Below are positions 1-12,568 of a DNA stretch of 64,000 bases, piece after piece. The stretch lies in contig BLSG01000058.1 in NCBI GenBank assembly GCA_012862495.1, positions 144,066 through 208,065 on the forward strand, given 5' to 3'. Position numbers and translations under genes: made by a program. The stretch comes from Thraustochytrium aureum (lineage: Eukaryota). Positions within the stretch are counted from its first letter, which is position 1. Each line of letters begins with the position of its first letter. The notes below the pieces were generated by a model. It ran no database searches and was not told the DNA's origin. It saw only the letters and a list, made by a program, of their open reading frames with translations.

Positions 1-332
1 TTTTTTGTTCACCAGTGTGCGTATCCTGTGATGCAACGGACTCAAGCGACGAGCAGACGTTGCTGCGCGCGAGCCCTGAGCGGACGTCACAGGTTACAGA
101 GAGCTGGACCTGCCCGGGACGCGGGTGACGGACCTGCCAACCCCTGCGAGGCGAGCGAGTGGCGAAAGCGACTTGAGCAGCAGTTGTCGCTGCGGGCCCA
201 CGCAGACCTCTCACCGCAAGCGAAGCGAAGCGAAGCGAGCGAAGCGAGAGAGACGCCGCCTGCTGAGCAAGGCTATCGCATACCTCGCTATCGCGAGAGC
301 CGGCGCGCCGAGCGAGTGGCGCTGGCGGAACG

Positions 333-2882
333 ATGAGCAACGGAAACAGCGCGGCCACGCCGTCGAGGGCAAAAGCGCTGCCTATCGAAGTCGCCCTTGG
401 GAACGGACGGGTACCTGAATGGCGCGTGGTCAACGCGCAGGCCAACTGGACGATCGACCAGTTCATACAGCACGCACTAGCCCTGCTCGATCTGCCCCAT
501 TCAGAGCGCCCGGCCTGCTTTTTGGTGCGAAGCCGACTGGAACGCGTGACCTCGTTGGCGCAGCTCGAGGCAGGCGACCGCGTCCTGCTGTCGCAGGACG
601 GCCAGCCACCTGTGCCATACGCGGTTCTTGCGTGCGGTAACGACGCCTTCGGCCAGCTCGGGCTCGGCGACGAGGGCCAGTGGCGCCCTCGGCGGGAGGG
701 CAACACCAGATTCGTGACCGAGCCCGAGTTTGTTCCGACACTCTGCGCCATCCGCATCACGCAAGTAGCATGCGGGGCCCGGCACACGGTCACGCTCACT
801 AAGGACGGCCAAGTCCTCTCTTTTGGGTGTGCCGAGGCGGGCCGGCTTGGGCATGGACCTCCACAGAGGAACGCGCTTTTACCTCGTCGAGTTCTCGTGC
901 AGCGGGCCCCGAGGCGCGTAGAGCTACCTGACTGTGCGCGGGGGCTCCAGGTGGCCTGTGGTACCGACTTTACGCTCGTTCTTGCTCAGGACGATGCTCG
1001 CGTTCAAGTGCCGCGACGGCGCGTCTTTGCCTTTGGGCGGCGTGGGCCGTGGCTTGGGCTCGGGCACCTCGGCGACCATGATCAAGAGGCGGGCAAGGGC
1101 AGAATAGAGGCGGCGAGCGGCGAGCCAGCCAGTATAAGGAGCCGCGAAGATAGACCAGGCGATGGGGCTCTTGGCGGCGCTTTGAGTGACACCAGCGCGA
1201 GCCTGCCGAACGGTGTCGCCCAACGATCTGCAGAACCAGTAGCCGCGCAACCTCCAGCTTCAGAACCGCGCTGCGAAGGTCTGGGCGAGCTGGACATCTG
1301 GTCGCCAGCAGAGCTACAATTCCCTGAACGCGACATTGTTGAGCACGTTTCGTGCGGAGCCGAGCACTGTCTCGCGGTAACGGAGACTGGGCTTGTATTC
1401 AGCTGGGGTCGGGGTGCAGAAGGACGCCTCGGCCACGTCATGTCGACTTGCAGCGAGGGCGGCCAAGCGGCTCCGGGGTTTGGACCCTCGGACGAGCCGT
1501 ATTTCAGGCTGGCGAGCGAAATGGACGAGATCTTTGTCGACAAGCGTGAGCGCCACGTAGCCGTGCTGCTCGAGCAGAACAAGTTCGACCGCCTCACGCA
1601 AAACAGCGCGGCAGCGGGCACGCCCGATCCGCAAGCTGCTCCAGGAGGCTTGGCAGGCGGCATGCGAGCGCCAAGGCCCTGCGCAGAGCGCCTGTACAGC
1701 GGTCCCTACACGAGGGTCTGCCAACTCACAACTGGGATGATGATAGGCATGTTTGATGCAGTGAGCGGCGAGGCCCTCGATGCTGTCCGAGAAGGCTGTG
1801 TCGGCGAGCACGACTTTGTGTTTGTGCTCCCGGACACCGCAGACGTGGCGCGCCCACGGTGCGTGCTCCTGTTGCGTGGATTCTTTGCCGCACATCTGCT
1901 GCTGGAGGCGGCCACTCGCTCGTCGCCGATGCAGACGGTCGGCTTTTTGCCTTCGGGCGGAACGACAACGGCCAGCTTGGACTCGGCACCGAGGTGATGG
2001 CGGCCAACAGCTTTGCCTGCACGCCTGTGCCAGTTCAGGTCCGTTCGTGCCCGGCGCTGCTGCGCGCGGGAGTCGTGAAAGTCGACTGCGGAGCTTCACA
2101 TTCTGTGGCGCTCGCGCGCGACTCCAAGCTGTATACATGGGGGGAAGGGGCGATTGGGCGAGAGGGAGATCCCTGCGTTCCGCTGCCAATACTCTTCGAG
2201 GGCGGCCCACTATCGCAAGTCACCGACGTGGCGGCCGGGGAGCGCCACACTATTTGCTGCACGCGGTTCGGCCACACGTTGGGGTTTGGCCACAACTCCA
2301 ACGGGCAGCTGGGCCAGCCGCCCTCGCTCCCTATCATCGAGACCCCGGCCTTGCTGCGAGCCAACGTGGACGTTGCAAGCGCTTCGCTCGGTGCGGGGCT
2401 GAACAAATCCAGCGGCCACGACATCCGTCGCTTTCATGACCTGCAGCCGGAGCATGACACGAGTTTGGTCGTCTCGCGCGTTGCTGCAGGCGGTGGGCTC
2501 GACCCGCGCACCGGTCACTCTGTGTTTTTAAGTGCCTCGCAGCTGCGCTCTGGCATATGGGACGAGTTTGAGAGGGCTCGCGGTCGCGCCCAGGCCGCAG
2601 CGGCGNNNNNNNNNNNNNNNNNNNNNNNNNNNNNNNNNNNNNNNNNNNNNNNNNNNNNNNNNNNNNNNNNNNNNNNNNNNNNNNNNNNNNNNNNNNNNNN
2701 NNNNNNNNNNNNNNNNNNNNNNNNNNNNNNNNNNNNNNNNNNNNNNNNNNNNNNNNNNNNNNNNNNNNNNNNNNNNNNNNNNNNNNNNNNNNNNNNNNNN
2801 NNNNNNCGAGTACGACTCGGATGGCGCTAAACTTGACGGCCCTGGGAGCCTCGCGCAGGCGCAAGTAGGTACTCTAAGGTAA
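333..2882 (+). CDS. RCC1-repeat protein with N-terminal ubiquitin/KHA-like domain (frameshift ~1896; gap 2606-2806; 3' end uncertain, 2830 or 2882)
   Basis: RCC1 repeats: 'CGNDAFGQLGLG', 'QVACGARHTVTLTKDGQVLSFGCAEAGRLGHG', 'HVSCGAEHCLAVTETGLVFSWGRGAEGRLGH' in ORF 333-1997; continued in ORF 1859-2830 ('AAGGGHSLVADADGRLFAFGRNDNGQLGLG', 'VDCGASHSVAL', 'VAAGERHT'). One base at 'cacatctgctgct' joins them. Confidence 0.85.
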
Positions 2883-3179
2883 GGTCGAGAGAGTACTGGG
2901 TACGACGCACCAACCGGTACTTCCTCGGCCGGGGTTCGAGTTGAATCAGTGCGCGCCATCAGTGCGTTGACTGCAGTGCACCCAGCTCCCCTCAACGGCG
3001 CCGTCTGTTCGCTTTGCAACTGCGTGGGACACGCGCAGCTTGTGCCACCCTGTGGATCCATGCCGAGGCTTGCAGCGGTGACTGCAGACTGCATTTGTGG
3101 TGGTCGCGCGCGCTCTTCAGTGCACGAACGCGCGAGGAGGAGCGCGCCAGCCGCTGGCGGAAATTGAGCCAAGCGCAAG

Positions 3180-3983
3180 ATGGGCTTCGCGCCGGCAGCG
3201 CTGGTGTTCGCGCTCGCCTTTGTCGGCGACGTGGCGCTGGTTTGCGTCGAGGGCAAACGTATGGTGAGCAGGAGCGGCAAGGACCACAAGCTGTGGCAGG
3301 TGGCGCGAGGTTTGTTTCTTTCTGGCATCGTCGGAACGCTTGTCGACAACGTCCGCTTGTTCATGGGTGGGTTTTGGGGGGACACGATCGACGCGCCGCC
3401 TGCCGCTGCGCTTATGTACCCGCTTCAGCTGCTGCATTTGGTCCTTGTGCCGTTAATCTCAATCGGGATAGTTGAGCTAGGAGTCGCCGCCAAACAGGCC
3501 GCCGGGGGGCAAGATTCACGCGGTGTCAAGGCCGTACGCGGCGCCGTCGCCGCGATTTCGGGAGCCATCGCTGTCGTTGGCATGATCAACTTTGTAGCGG
3601 AGGCCTCCACCGCGCTGAACGACACTGGTCTTGTTCGCAAAGAGCTCTTCGACGTGGCGCGCTTCCTCCTGCCCAACTCGACCATGGTCGAGGAAACAGG
3701 CCGGTTTTACATCGCAGGCACGTCAATCATGGGAGTTGCATGGTTTGCAATCGTCGCCGTCGTCGTTGGGGCATATACCTGGTACAAGACCAGGTGGCCC
3801 GGGCTCTTCGTTCTCAGCTTGATTGGGCTCCTCGGCCAAGCTGCTGGCCCCGCAAACGAGACCTACTTTTTCTTTTCTTCGAACTTGCTCGAAGTTCTCT
3901 CTTTCTTCGCGCTCGTTTGGGCTGACTTTCGCCTCTTCAACGTGGACGAGACCAAGACTGCGGTGGTCGTTTCCTCGAAGTAG
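3180..3983 (+). CDS. Multi-pass membrane protein of unknown function (~6-7 TM)
   Basis: Intact 267-aa ATG-stop ORF with several long hydrophobic segments; motifs 'LVDNVRL', 'LLHLVLVPL', 'WYKTRWPGLF', 'SNLLEV'. Confidence 0.75.
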   Translation: MGFAPAALVFALAFVGDVALVCVEGKRMVSRSGKDHKLWQVARGLFLSGIVGTLVDNVRLFMGGFWGDTIDAPPAAALMYPLQLLHLVLVPLISIGIVELGVAAKQAAGGQDSRGVKAVRGAVAAISGAIAVVGMINFVAEASTALNDTGLVRKELFDVARFLLPNSTMVEETGRFYIAGTSIMGVAWFAIVAVVVGAYTWYKTRWPGLFVLSLIGLLGQAAGPANETYFFFSSNLLEVLSFFALVWADFRLFNVDETKTAVVVSSK

Positions 3984-4231
3984 GCAGGCCTTGCAGCAGC
4001 GGTAGTTAGGACGTTCGCCGAGTCGCCCGAGATGCACTTTGTGCCAGCCAGAGCAAGCTAGAGTATGAAGAAAACTCCACTCTTCCCTTCTGCTCTGTCT
4101 GTCCCTGCGCCGTCCGCTTGGTTTGTCGACGCGCCTGGCGGCCAAGCTGTGTGATCATTATGCACCTTTCGTTGAATGGAAACTCGTCAATTGAAACTCG
4201 TCCAGGCAGGCGAGTGAGCGCACAACACCGA

Positions 4232-4260
4232 GCAACAGCAGCAGCAGCAGCAGCAGCAGC
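4232..4260. repeat. (CAG)n microsatellite
   Basis: agcaacagcagcagcagcagcagcagcagc upstream of the next gene. Confidence 0.8.
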
Positions 4261-4401
4261 GCCCCCCTACCAAGTAGAAACCTAAGCCCGCCAACTGCAC
4301 TAGCTCTTCCAGAGGCGTCGCCGATCACATCCGTTCCGTAAAGGGGTAGGTAGCTCTAGCTTGAGAGTGTGTCCGTTACGAACCAAGGTGTCCAGCAAGG
4401 A

Positions 4402-7400
4402 ATGAACGAGCCGTCAGAAGCAGAACGTTGCTCGAGAGCCACGCTCGGCGAGCGCCGCAGCGCCTCGCGAGCAGCAATGTTCGTCCCGTCCGTGTCCGAC
4501 AAATCACGGCGTGTACAGGTCGAGCAGGACGACTCAGCCCCGCGCAGGCCACGCAGCGACATCGCCAGCGCCAAAAGGAGAACGGGCCNNNNNNNNNNNN
4601 NNNNNNNNNNNNNNNNNNNNNNNNNNNNNNNNNNNNNNNNNNNNNNNNNNNNNNNNNNNNNNNNNNNNNNNNNNNNNNNNNNNNNNNNNNNNNNNNNNNN
4701 NNNNNNNNNNNNNNNNNNNNNNNNNNNNNNNNNNNNNNNNNNNNNNNNNNNNNNNNNNNNNNNNNNNNNNNNNNNNNNNNNNNNNNNNNNNNNNNNNNNN
4801 NNNNNNNNNNNNNNNNNNNNNNNNNNNNNNNNNNNNNNNNNNNNNNNNNNNNNNNNNNNNNNNNNNNNNNNNNNNNNNNAGATCCACCTGCGCTCAGCAG
4901 CTACTAGTTCGACTTGAATCTGAGCGCCTGGCGCTGGCTGAGGCGCACATGCTGGCGGCCCTGCGCGAGAGGGAGCGGCTCGAGTGCAGGGAGATGGCGG
5001 CTGAAGAAGCCGATACAAAGGCGGTCCTCGCAGAACGCGCGCGATTGCTGATCGAGATTCGCGCAGCTGAACGGGCTGATCGAGAAAGCAGCGCCCTTCA
5101 ACTTGAGGCAGCGTGCGAAAGAACAGAGCGCGATGCGCTTTCTCTCGCAGAAGCAGAGTCACACGAGGCCTGGGCACTCCAAAAGCAGGAAGAGGCGCGC
5201 CTAGCTTCGATAGTTGGCATGTGCGTCGCAGACCTCGAATCGCACGCTGCGCGCGCCGCCTGGATGGAGGCGCGCAAGGTTTTGCGGACTAGGTTAGCGC
5301 TCAACTTTAGTCTCGAGATTGTGGCGCGAGCTCTCGCTGCCCATGCTGAGCGCCAATCACTCGCTGCACTGGCCCGAGAGCAAACATCTATGCAGTGGGA
5401 AGATTTGAAGAGCGCCTCCGCCAATGCAGAGCGCCGCCGCGAACTCCTCGAACTAGCCGCGATGGCTAAATGCGACGCGCCAGCCGCGGCGCACGGCCCA
5501 GCGCCGAATGAGCTGGGCGAGCTGGCCGAGATGGCTCGGAACGATTTCGCAGCGCCGCCGCTAGATTTGCCGGCGAAGGAGCGCGACTCTAATCAGGACA
5601 GCTCTCCTAGCGAGCTCAAACCGAGCAGTGAATCCTCACCGCGCAGCGGCTTCGAAAGTGCTCGAAAACTCGAGGGGTCTGCAGAGCAGCGACATCTGGG
5701 CGTTGCCGCGTTTGGCCGCACTGCGTCGAGTCCCGCAATAAGCACAGCGCCAAGTTTGGAGTCACTGCCTCGTGGGTGCAAGAGCGCGAGACTGTACCAG
5801 CTAGGCGAGTCACCCCCACGTTCCCCAGAGGCACGCACAAGCCAATTGTCGCAGGATGTTGCGCAACCAACGCCCGACATGCCAGCTCCTATGCTGGACT
5901 CGCGAGACAGGAATGCAGAGCAGACGGGGCGTCAGAGCCCTGCGCGGACGAGAGCAGGGGGGCATCGTTCTTGGGCAGTGCTCGCTCTTCGAACGCTGAG
6001 CAAACTGCCGCCCATGTTTCAGATTCTGGCAACAGACCTGCCCAGGCAACATTGCCCCTTTTCAAGTCTCGCTCTGCAGGAGAAACCGCCGCGGACGCGT
6101 GGGCAGACACGTGGACACAGTCGGCGTCCGCTCGTCTCGCCGAGGCCCCGTCCAGAGGCAAACTTCGGCGGTCGCACACAAAAGCACCTGGGACCCCAAC
6201 ATGGGCAGACCATGAGCGGCCTGGTGAATCGGAGGAGACACAAAAGGAGACTCTGCTTGATGTCACAGGAGTCTCAAGTGCATCCTTGCCCGCTGATGGG
6301 AGGATCGTCGCGCCCGATACTGAGGTGGACTCGCAACCTGCAGCCGCAGCAATTTTGCTGCGGCTCAGTTTGCCGCGGTCTGCCACGTTTCCCGACTTGA
6401 TGCGCCCCTGGGTAGAAACCCGGAGAAGCCAGAGCGCTCGAGCTGCCCGCGACGAGGACCACGTGCCGGCGGTGGTCGTCGCCGCTGTGAATCGACGCTG
6501 TGGCTCTCACTCGGCTCGGCCGGGAGTAGCGGAGCAGGCTGAGGAGTATCAGGATGGCCGCGTACTGGTGCCGTCCTCGGCCAGGGCAGAGCAGTGGTAC
6601 TGCAGAGGCACTTCGCGCTCGATTGACTGCGCAAGCTGAGCAGCTCCGCTACAACATGGCGACTCGGATCCAGACGGCCTACAGAGGTGCAAAGGCGAGG
6701 TACTTGCTGGCCGCACGACGAGCTGCTGCGCTCGGGCAGGTCGAGACCAAGGCGACGGTCCGCATCCAGGCCGTCTGGCGCGGAGCTCTGTCCCGCACGT
6801 GCCTCGCCCGGCAAGCCAAAGCAAAGCTTGACGCAAAGGTGCGCGAAGAGTACATGATGAACTACAAGTGCGAGAGGCTGAAGGCGGCATGGGAAGCCGC
6901 GCTCGAGGCTGCGCTCGGGGCCGAGCGGCTCGCGAAAGCATTCATTGAGGAAGACCGCCAGGAGCGCGCCGACAAGCTCGTCCTGCGCGACACGGAACTA
7001 GCCGAGGCGCGGGCTCGGCTCAGGTCTTGGCAGTGCGTCCGCCCGCGGCCTGAAACCGCCCAAATCGACGGGAGCGACATCTACTTTTACAACCCCGCTC
7101 TCGTAGCCAGCCAGTGGGTCGCTCCAGAGGGATTCTTAGAGTCCGAGGAGGAGGAGAGGAAACGCAGGTTTTGGATCGTCCCGCCCAACCCGGACGAGCT
7201 CAAAGCGTACCAGAAGGCCTGGGCCAGAGTTGCCTCCGTTGACGGGCGCAGTATCGAGTACTACAACTCGTGGACTGGCGAATACACAAAAGCACGACCC
7301 ATTGGCTTCGTAGAACCGAGATGTACCGACGATGAAGATCTTGGCCCGCAGGACGACCAAGCGGACGGCGTGGTATTTTGCGGCCTGTGTCTCACAGAGC

Positions 7401-8398
7401 TGGCCGATCGCAGGTGCACGATTTGCGGACCGTGGTTTGCGTACTGCATGGCTTGCTTTCTTAGATCGCACAGCTCCTCCTTTCTGCGCGAGCACGCGTT
7501 CGAGATCGTTCGTGATGGCGAGGAAGACCTAGAGCTTGATTTTGAGGAGCCCGAGCAAGTCCCAGACGAAGAAAAGGACGAAACCCGGTGTACGGAGTGT
7601 CGAGAAGAAGGTGCCACGCTCATATGTGAGCAGTGCGGGGACCAGATGTGTCGCCCATGCTTTGACCGTCTGCACGCCAAAGGAAACCGCCGCAAGCACA
7701 CCACCTGCGGCTACAATGGATTCCTATGGGAGGAATACTACGACGCAGACAATGACACCAGCCGGTACTTTCACACCGAGACCAAAGAGTTTACTGACGA
7801 GTGCCCACTCGAGCTCATGTTCGGGCCTGAGCGGCGCGAGCTCCTTGACCGCCAGGCCGAGGAAAAACGGGTCAAAGCCGAGGCAGCAACGCTACGTGAG
7901 CTCAAGTCTCGACTCATCGAGTTGCGGGCCTATCGAGAAAAGGCCGTTCGCGAAGAGGAAGAGAGGGCGCGTCTCGCGGCTACAGTGAGCAGGGAAACCT
8001 CGAAAGCGCATCGCGTGGCGCGCTTTGTTGCGCCGTCGCTCGTAGCCAAATCCTCGGCCGAGGAGGCGCTGAATCCAAACTTTGAGGACTCGCTGTCGCG
8101 GTCGAAGCGCGCAAAGACGGGTGGCAAGTCGTTTTCGATCAATCCACTCCGTCGCCCAAAAAAGACTGATGTCACGAAGGACGCAGCCTACTTGCAGCGC
8201 ATGATGCTTGGCAAAAGCATGGCTGGTGCGACGTCGACGCGGTCTGGCCTTGGTGTCTCGACACAATCTCGCCTTGGTGAAGATGACAGCGAGGGCAGAG
8301 CCGCGATGAGGCCCTCGCTCAGCCGCCGCGACCTCCGTCGGCAGGAGACGGCAAGGGCGCGCCAGGAAGCCCTCCTACAAAGCGAGAGCGCAGGCTAG
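4402..8398 (+). CDS. Coiled-coil + IQ + WW + B-box zinc-finger protein (gap 4588-4879; probable frameshifts ~5930-5960 and ~6600)
   Basis: ORF 6554-8398 has IQ motifs ('ATRIQTAYRG', 'ATVRIQAVWRG'), three WW-like motifs ('IYFYNPALVASQWVAP', 'EYYNSWTGEYTKARP', 'WEEYYDADNDTSRYFHTET') and two B-boxes ('CGLC..CTIC..CMACFLRSH', 'CTEC..CEQCGDQMCRPCFDRLH'). Upstream overlapping + ORFs 4511-6400 and 5776-6639 give coiled-coil/low-complexity sequence; joining them is inferred. Confidence 0.7.
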
Positions 8399-9591
8399 CT
8401 GCTGCACCCAGCTGCTCCATCAAGAGGTCGCTTGATGAATTTAGTCCGATCCGCAGGTGCTCGCTAACAAGTTCGTCACGGGTGTTTCGTGTCATTACCT
8501 ATCGCACGGCCATTCTTCCTCAGCCCCTTCACCTTCCGCAGCCTTTTGGTTGCCTTTCCGACTTTTACGCGACTGTTCTGGGGGGGTATCCAGCGTGTGG
8601 TCTCTGTCGCGTCCCGTCTCGGCCTGCCTCTGGTATATTTCATTGCCTTGTTCAATCAAAACAGCATTAGGGTGGTTGGCACGGTCGATTAATTAAAAGA
8701 CAGTCAAACACGACGCAGTTAGCGTCAACAAACAACATGCCTCGAGACACAAACTTCATTATTTCAGTCGCTGCTTATTTCTCCAGCGAGTTTTGGAAGG
8801 TAGTTTGAGAATAGCAAAGGTACTCTCGGTCTTTAACCCTCAGGTCAAAGCCAATGCCCGACAGTAACAGCCACTCACACCGATTGAAACGCCTAACCGA
8901 AATACGGCACTCGAACGCCATTTCCGAAGGCCATTTCCGAGTTTTGATACTTGAAGTCGATGGCATACTTTTCGGCGGCATTGATAGCCGACACGACCAG
9001 GCAGAGCACGTCCCTTGACGTGGTTACAACGATGGGTTTCTACCCATGTATCGGTCGATGTAGAGTAAATCAACGCACAAACACGCGTATCCCGTTGCTG
9101 TGCGAGTTGACAACAGCAAGATCGCTCGACAGGTACGTGTTTAGTCATGGACGCGAGGTATCTTACGTACTGACGCAAGCATCTAGTTTGCTTGTCCCCA
9201 AGTCGAACGGTGAACGACGACGTGCAAACTTTCTTCCCTCCGCCCCCTTCGCATCCAGATCCAAACACAGGCGTCGATGACCTGTTGCTCCTCCATCATG
9301 TTGAGGTTCTGCTCCCGGTTCGCCAGGGACCCCAACACCAACACCAATTACGTTCAGTAGCGTTGTTTAAAAACCTTCCAAAAGTTCGTGGACAGGCGTT
9401 GGATGCGCATCATCAGTCAATCAAAACGAAGGCCTGCCGGTTCGGAACTTCGCGAGCAGGCTATAGGCCTAACAAACGAGGTTATCCCTTGGCCACTGCG
9501 TTATCCCCGGCAAGCGACGGTTTGGCTCGAGAGAAGAGCAGCAGCAGCAGACGTTGATTGATCGCCCGGCAGCCAGCAACCCGACCGGCAC

Positions 9592-9594
<3 letters not shown>

Positions 9595-9622
<28 letters not shown>
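9595..9622. repeat. (GCAG)n microsatellite
   Basis: gcaggcaggcaggcaggcaggcaggcag upstream of the ankyrin gene. Confidence 0.8.
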
Positions 9623-9623
<1 letters not shown>

Positions 9624-9825
9624 CTCGCAAGGCAGAGAGGCACCCAGGCAGGTACGCNNNNNNNNNNNNNNNNNNNNNNNNNNNNNNNNNNNNNNNNNNN
9701 NNNNNNNNNNNNNNNNNNNNNNNNNNNNNNNNNNNNNNNNNNNNNNNNNNNNNNNNNNCGCGGGCAAGCAAAAAGGGCTCTCCGAAGCCGTCGACACTCG
9801 CTCCGCGCACGGACGGGAAGGCAGG

Positions 9826-11999
9826 ATGGGCACCACGGCGACGGCGGAGAGCGCAGGGGCAGATGGGGCGCGCAAGGAAACGGACAAGCTGGCCGCGGCC
9901 GCGGCGCAGGATGCTGCGCGGAAACGGCGGCAGCGGAGAAAGAAAAATGGACCGGGGCCGGCAGCGGACAAGGACGCGGAGAAGCTCGAGCTGGCCAAGG
10001 GTGACGAGGGCGAGACGGACTCTGAAGAGGACGACCTGATTTCGATGATGAGGTTCATCGGGGACGACCAAGGCATTCACGAACGCAAAGGCACCGACAA
10101 GCGCAAGGTGTTCGAGGACGAGTCGACTCGCGCCACGCGCGAAATTACTCGCAAGCACCGCGAAGAGCAGGCGCAAGTGAAGGCCAAGATCAAGAAAAAC
10201 GCGCTCAAAGAGCTTACCATGAAAAACCTCGCAGCCGCATCCTCCCTCTGGCAAGATGATGACGCGCCGCCCACGGAGAACTGGAACCAGTTCAGCAGCA
10301 GCACGCCTCCATGCCAGTCATGCTGACCCCGAGTGAGGCGCACGCCGTTTTCGCGCGCGCCGTGGAGGACGGCAAGCAGCTTATTTTGGAGAACAAACTT
10401 GAGGCCGCTGTCGACCGACTTCGCTCCGGTCTCCTGGCTTGCCAGGCTCATCCGGACAAGCCACTCTGGACCGGGACGCTACAGCTGACGATAGGGACGA
10501 CGCTCAACAAGCTTGGCAAGGTGCGCGAGGGAGTCGCGCACCTGAGCCAGGGCCTCGCTGTTGTCCGCGCTGGGCATGGAGCAGAGTTCGACTCGACCTC
10601 GCTTCAGCGGCAGATCCTGCGCGCGCTCGTTGCAGGATGTGAAGATATTTGCAAGTTTGAAGACGCAGAGGGCTGGCGCAAGGAGCTGGACTGGCTTGAA
10701 AAGTGGAGTGCTGGCGCGAGCGATGTCGCGCCATCCGCAGAAACCGACGCGGGCGACCTTGATTTTGAGGCGCTGGACCCGGGACTGCGTGATTCCCTCG
10801 ACGAGGCCCTCGAGGCTGCGCGTGACGGGCACTTTGAATATCTGCGCGCAATCCTGCACGCCTTCCGGAGTGGAAGGGGCAGCACCTCTGTGCAGCTGGT
10901 TGCCTCTTACCCTCACTCGGCCACGGGCGCCACGCCGCTTATGCTTGCCGCTGCTCGTGGCGAGACGCAGCTGGTCCGTGCTCTCGTTCAGACTGGGGCA
11001 TCTATTGGACAAACTGCTCACAATGGAATGTCCGCGCTGGAGTGGGCAGCACGTTTTGACCAGGCTGAGGCCTTGCGTATTCTGTTGGAGGCTGGCGCTG
11101 TATTCGACTCCGCGCTAAGCCCGGAGACGCTCGCCTCTTGGTCGCCAGCGGTTCAGGACACGATCGCCAAATTTGTAAAATCTCGCAAGGAGATGAGCCC
11201 TGGAACGGCTCCGGAGCAGCCAGGCAACCCTGCGCCTGCGGCGGCCAAGCCGGCCAAGCCGCAGCAACAAAGGCCGCAACAGCAAAAGCCGCAGCAGCAA
11301 AAGCCGCAGCAGCAAAAGGAAAAGCCGCAGCAAAAGCAGCCCGAAGGGGTCACAAAGGCCAAGCAAGTCCCGCTTGCACCAACCTCGCAGCGGCGCAAGG
11401 CGCAAAGCAAGAGAGGAAAGGAAGGAAGCGGGCAGCCGCCACCGGAAATCGACGAGGATGGCTTCCAGGCTGTGGGGAGGAATGGCAAGGGTGTCAAGCC
11501 AAAGCCTGCCAATGCGTGGGCAACTGATGCCCCAGCCAAGCCAGCTAGCAAAGCCGCTGGCGGCCGCAAGCTCGAGCACTGGAGTGAACCTGGGAAAGCA
11601 GCTGCGGGCAAAGGTCTCGAGGAGAGCGGCGACAGCACGAAAGATTGGAACCAGTTTTCTGCAAACGAAGATCTTGGCGTCAAGGTCGGTGCCTTTGACG
11701 AAAACCTTTACACGACCCAGCTCGACGTTGGCTCGATCCCCAGCGCGCTGCGCGATCAGGCCGAAGCTCTTGCTCGCTCTATCGAGTCGGGCGCGTCAAA
11801 GCGTCGTGCGGACCGCGGGGCGGTGGACGAGGAAGCAGCCTACTCTGCAGTTCACCGCAAGGAAGGCGAGAGCGGGGCAGCGGCCGACGACGGCTGGACG
11901 GACGCGTCTGTTCGAGGCAACAAGGGTAAGGGCGGGAGCAGCTCCAAGGGCCGGCGCCGCGGCGGGGGGCAAAACGAATCAATAGGTCCGTCCACATAA
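9826..11999 (+). CDS. TPR-like + ankyrin repeat + LsmAD (ataxin-2/Pbp1-type) domain protein (frameshift ~10310)
   Basis: Ankyrin repeats 'TGATPLMLAAARGETQLVRALVQTGA', 'NGMSALEWAARFDQAEALRILLEAGA'; TPR-like 'IGTTLNKLGKVREGVAHLSQGLAV'; LsmAD 'DWNQFSANEDLGVKVGAFDENLYTTQLD...QAEALARSIE...DEEAAYSAVHR'. ORF 9826-10326 joins 10311-11999 if one C is restored at 'cctccatg'. Confidence 0.8.
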
Positions 12000-12409
12000 C
12001 TCTTTTCTTCCACAACGCATCCGAGAGTCCATGCTTGTTACACATGCTGTTGCTGGCGAAACTGTTGCGCTTGATCTCGATTGGATCAAAGCGAGCGAGC
12101 GAGGTCGCACGTCCGCCTCGACGCCCACCTGGGCGGGGAGAACCATCGTCCAAGAACCACCAACCGTCCTTGGTTTGTTGGTTTGGCCAAGTAGTGTACC
12201 TCCCCGCGTCGGTTTGGCCACGACAGAAAACAGGCGGGGTGCGTGGCTGACCAAGCGCACCGACGTACCGTGCTGGAACAGGCGCCTGCTTCTAGCCGAG
12301 TTGGATGGGCACTCTACCGCCTGCCCAACAGCGCTCCTCGCACACGTAGGCGAGAGGAAGCAGGTTCGTGCTAGCCTCTTACGGTTTGGCCACGGGCCTC
12401 GCGTGACGA

Positions 12410-12455
12410 GCAGGCAGGCAGGCGGGCGGGCGGGCGGGCGGGCAGGCAGGAGGCA
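12410..12455. repeat. (GCAG)n/(GCGG)n microsatellite
   Basis: gcaggcaggcaggcgggcgggcgggcgggcgggcaggcagg upstream of the MDR gene. Confidence 0.75.
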
Positions 12456-12568
12456 GACACCCAACGCTAGCAGCCTGCTCGACCGAGAGGCGAGACGCAG
12501 AGACTCGTGGCAAGGGGCCAAGCACTGAAACGCTTCAAGACACGCGCAAGGCAGGGGCCGCGCAGACG

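Noticed and set aside
2925..2950. tRNA T-loop-like GGTTCGA
   Set aside because: No cloverleaf stems or A box around it.
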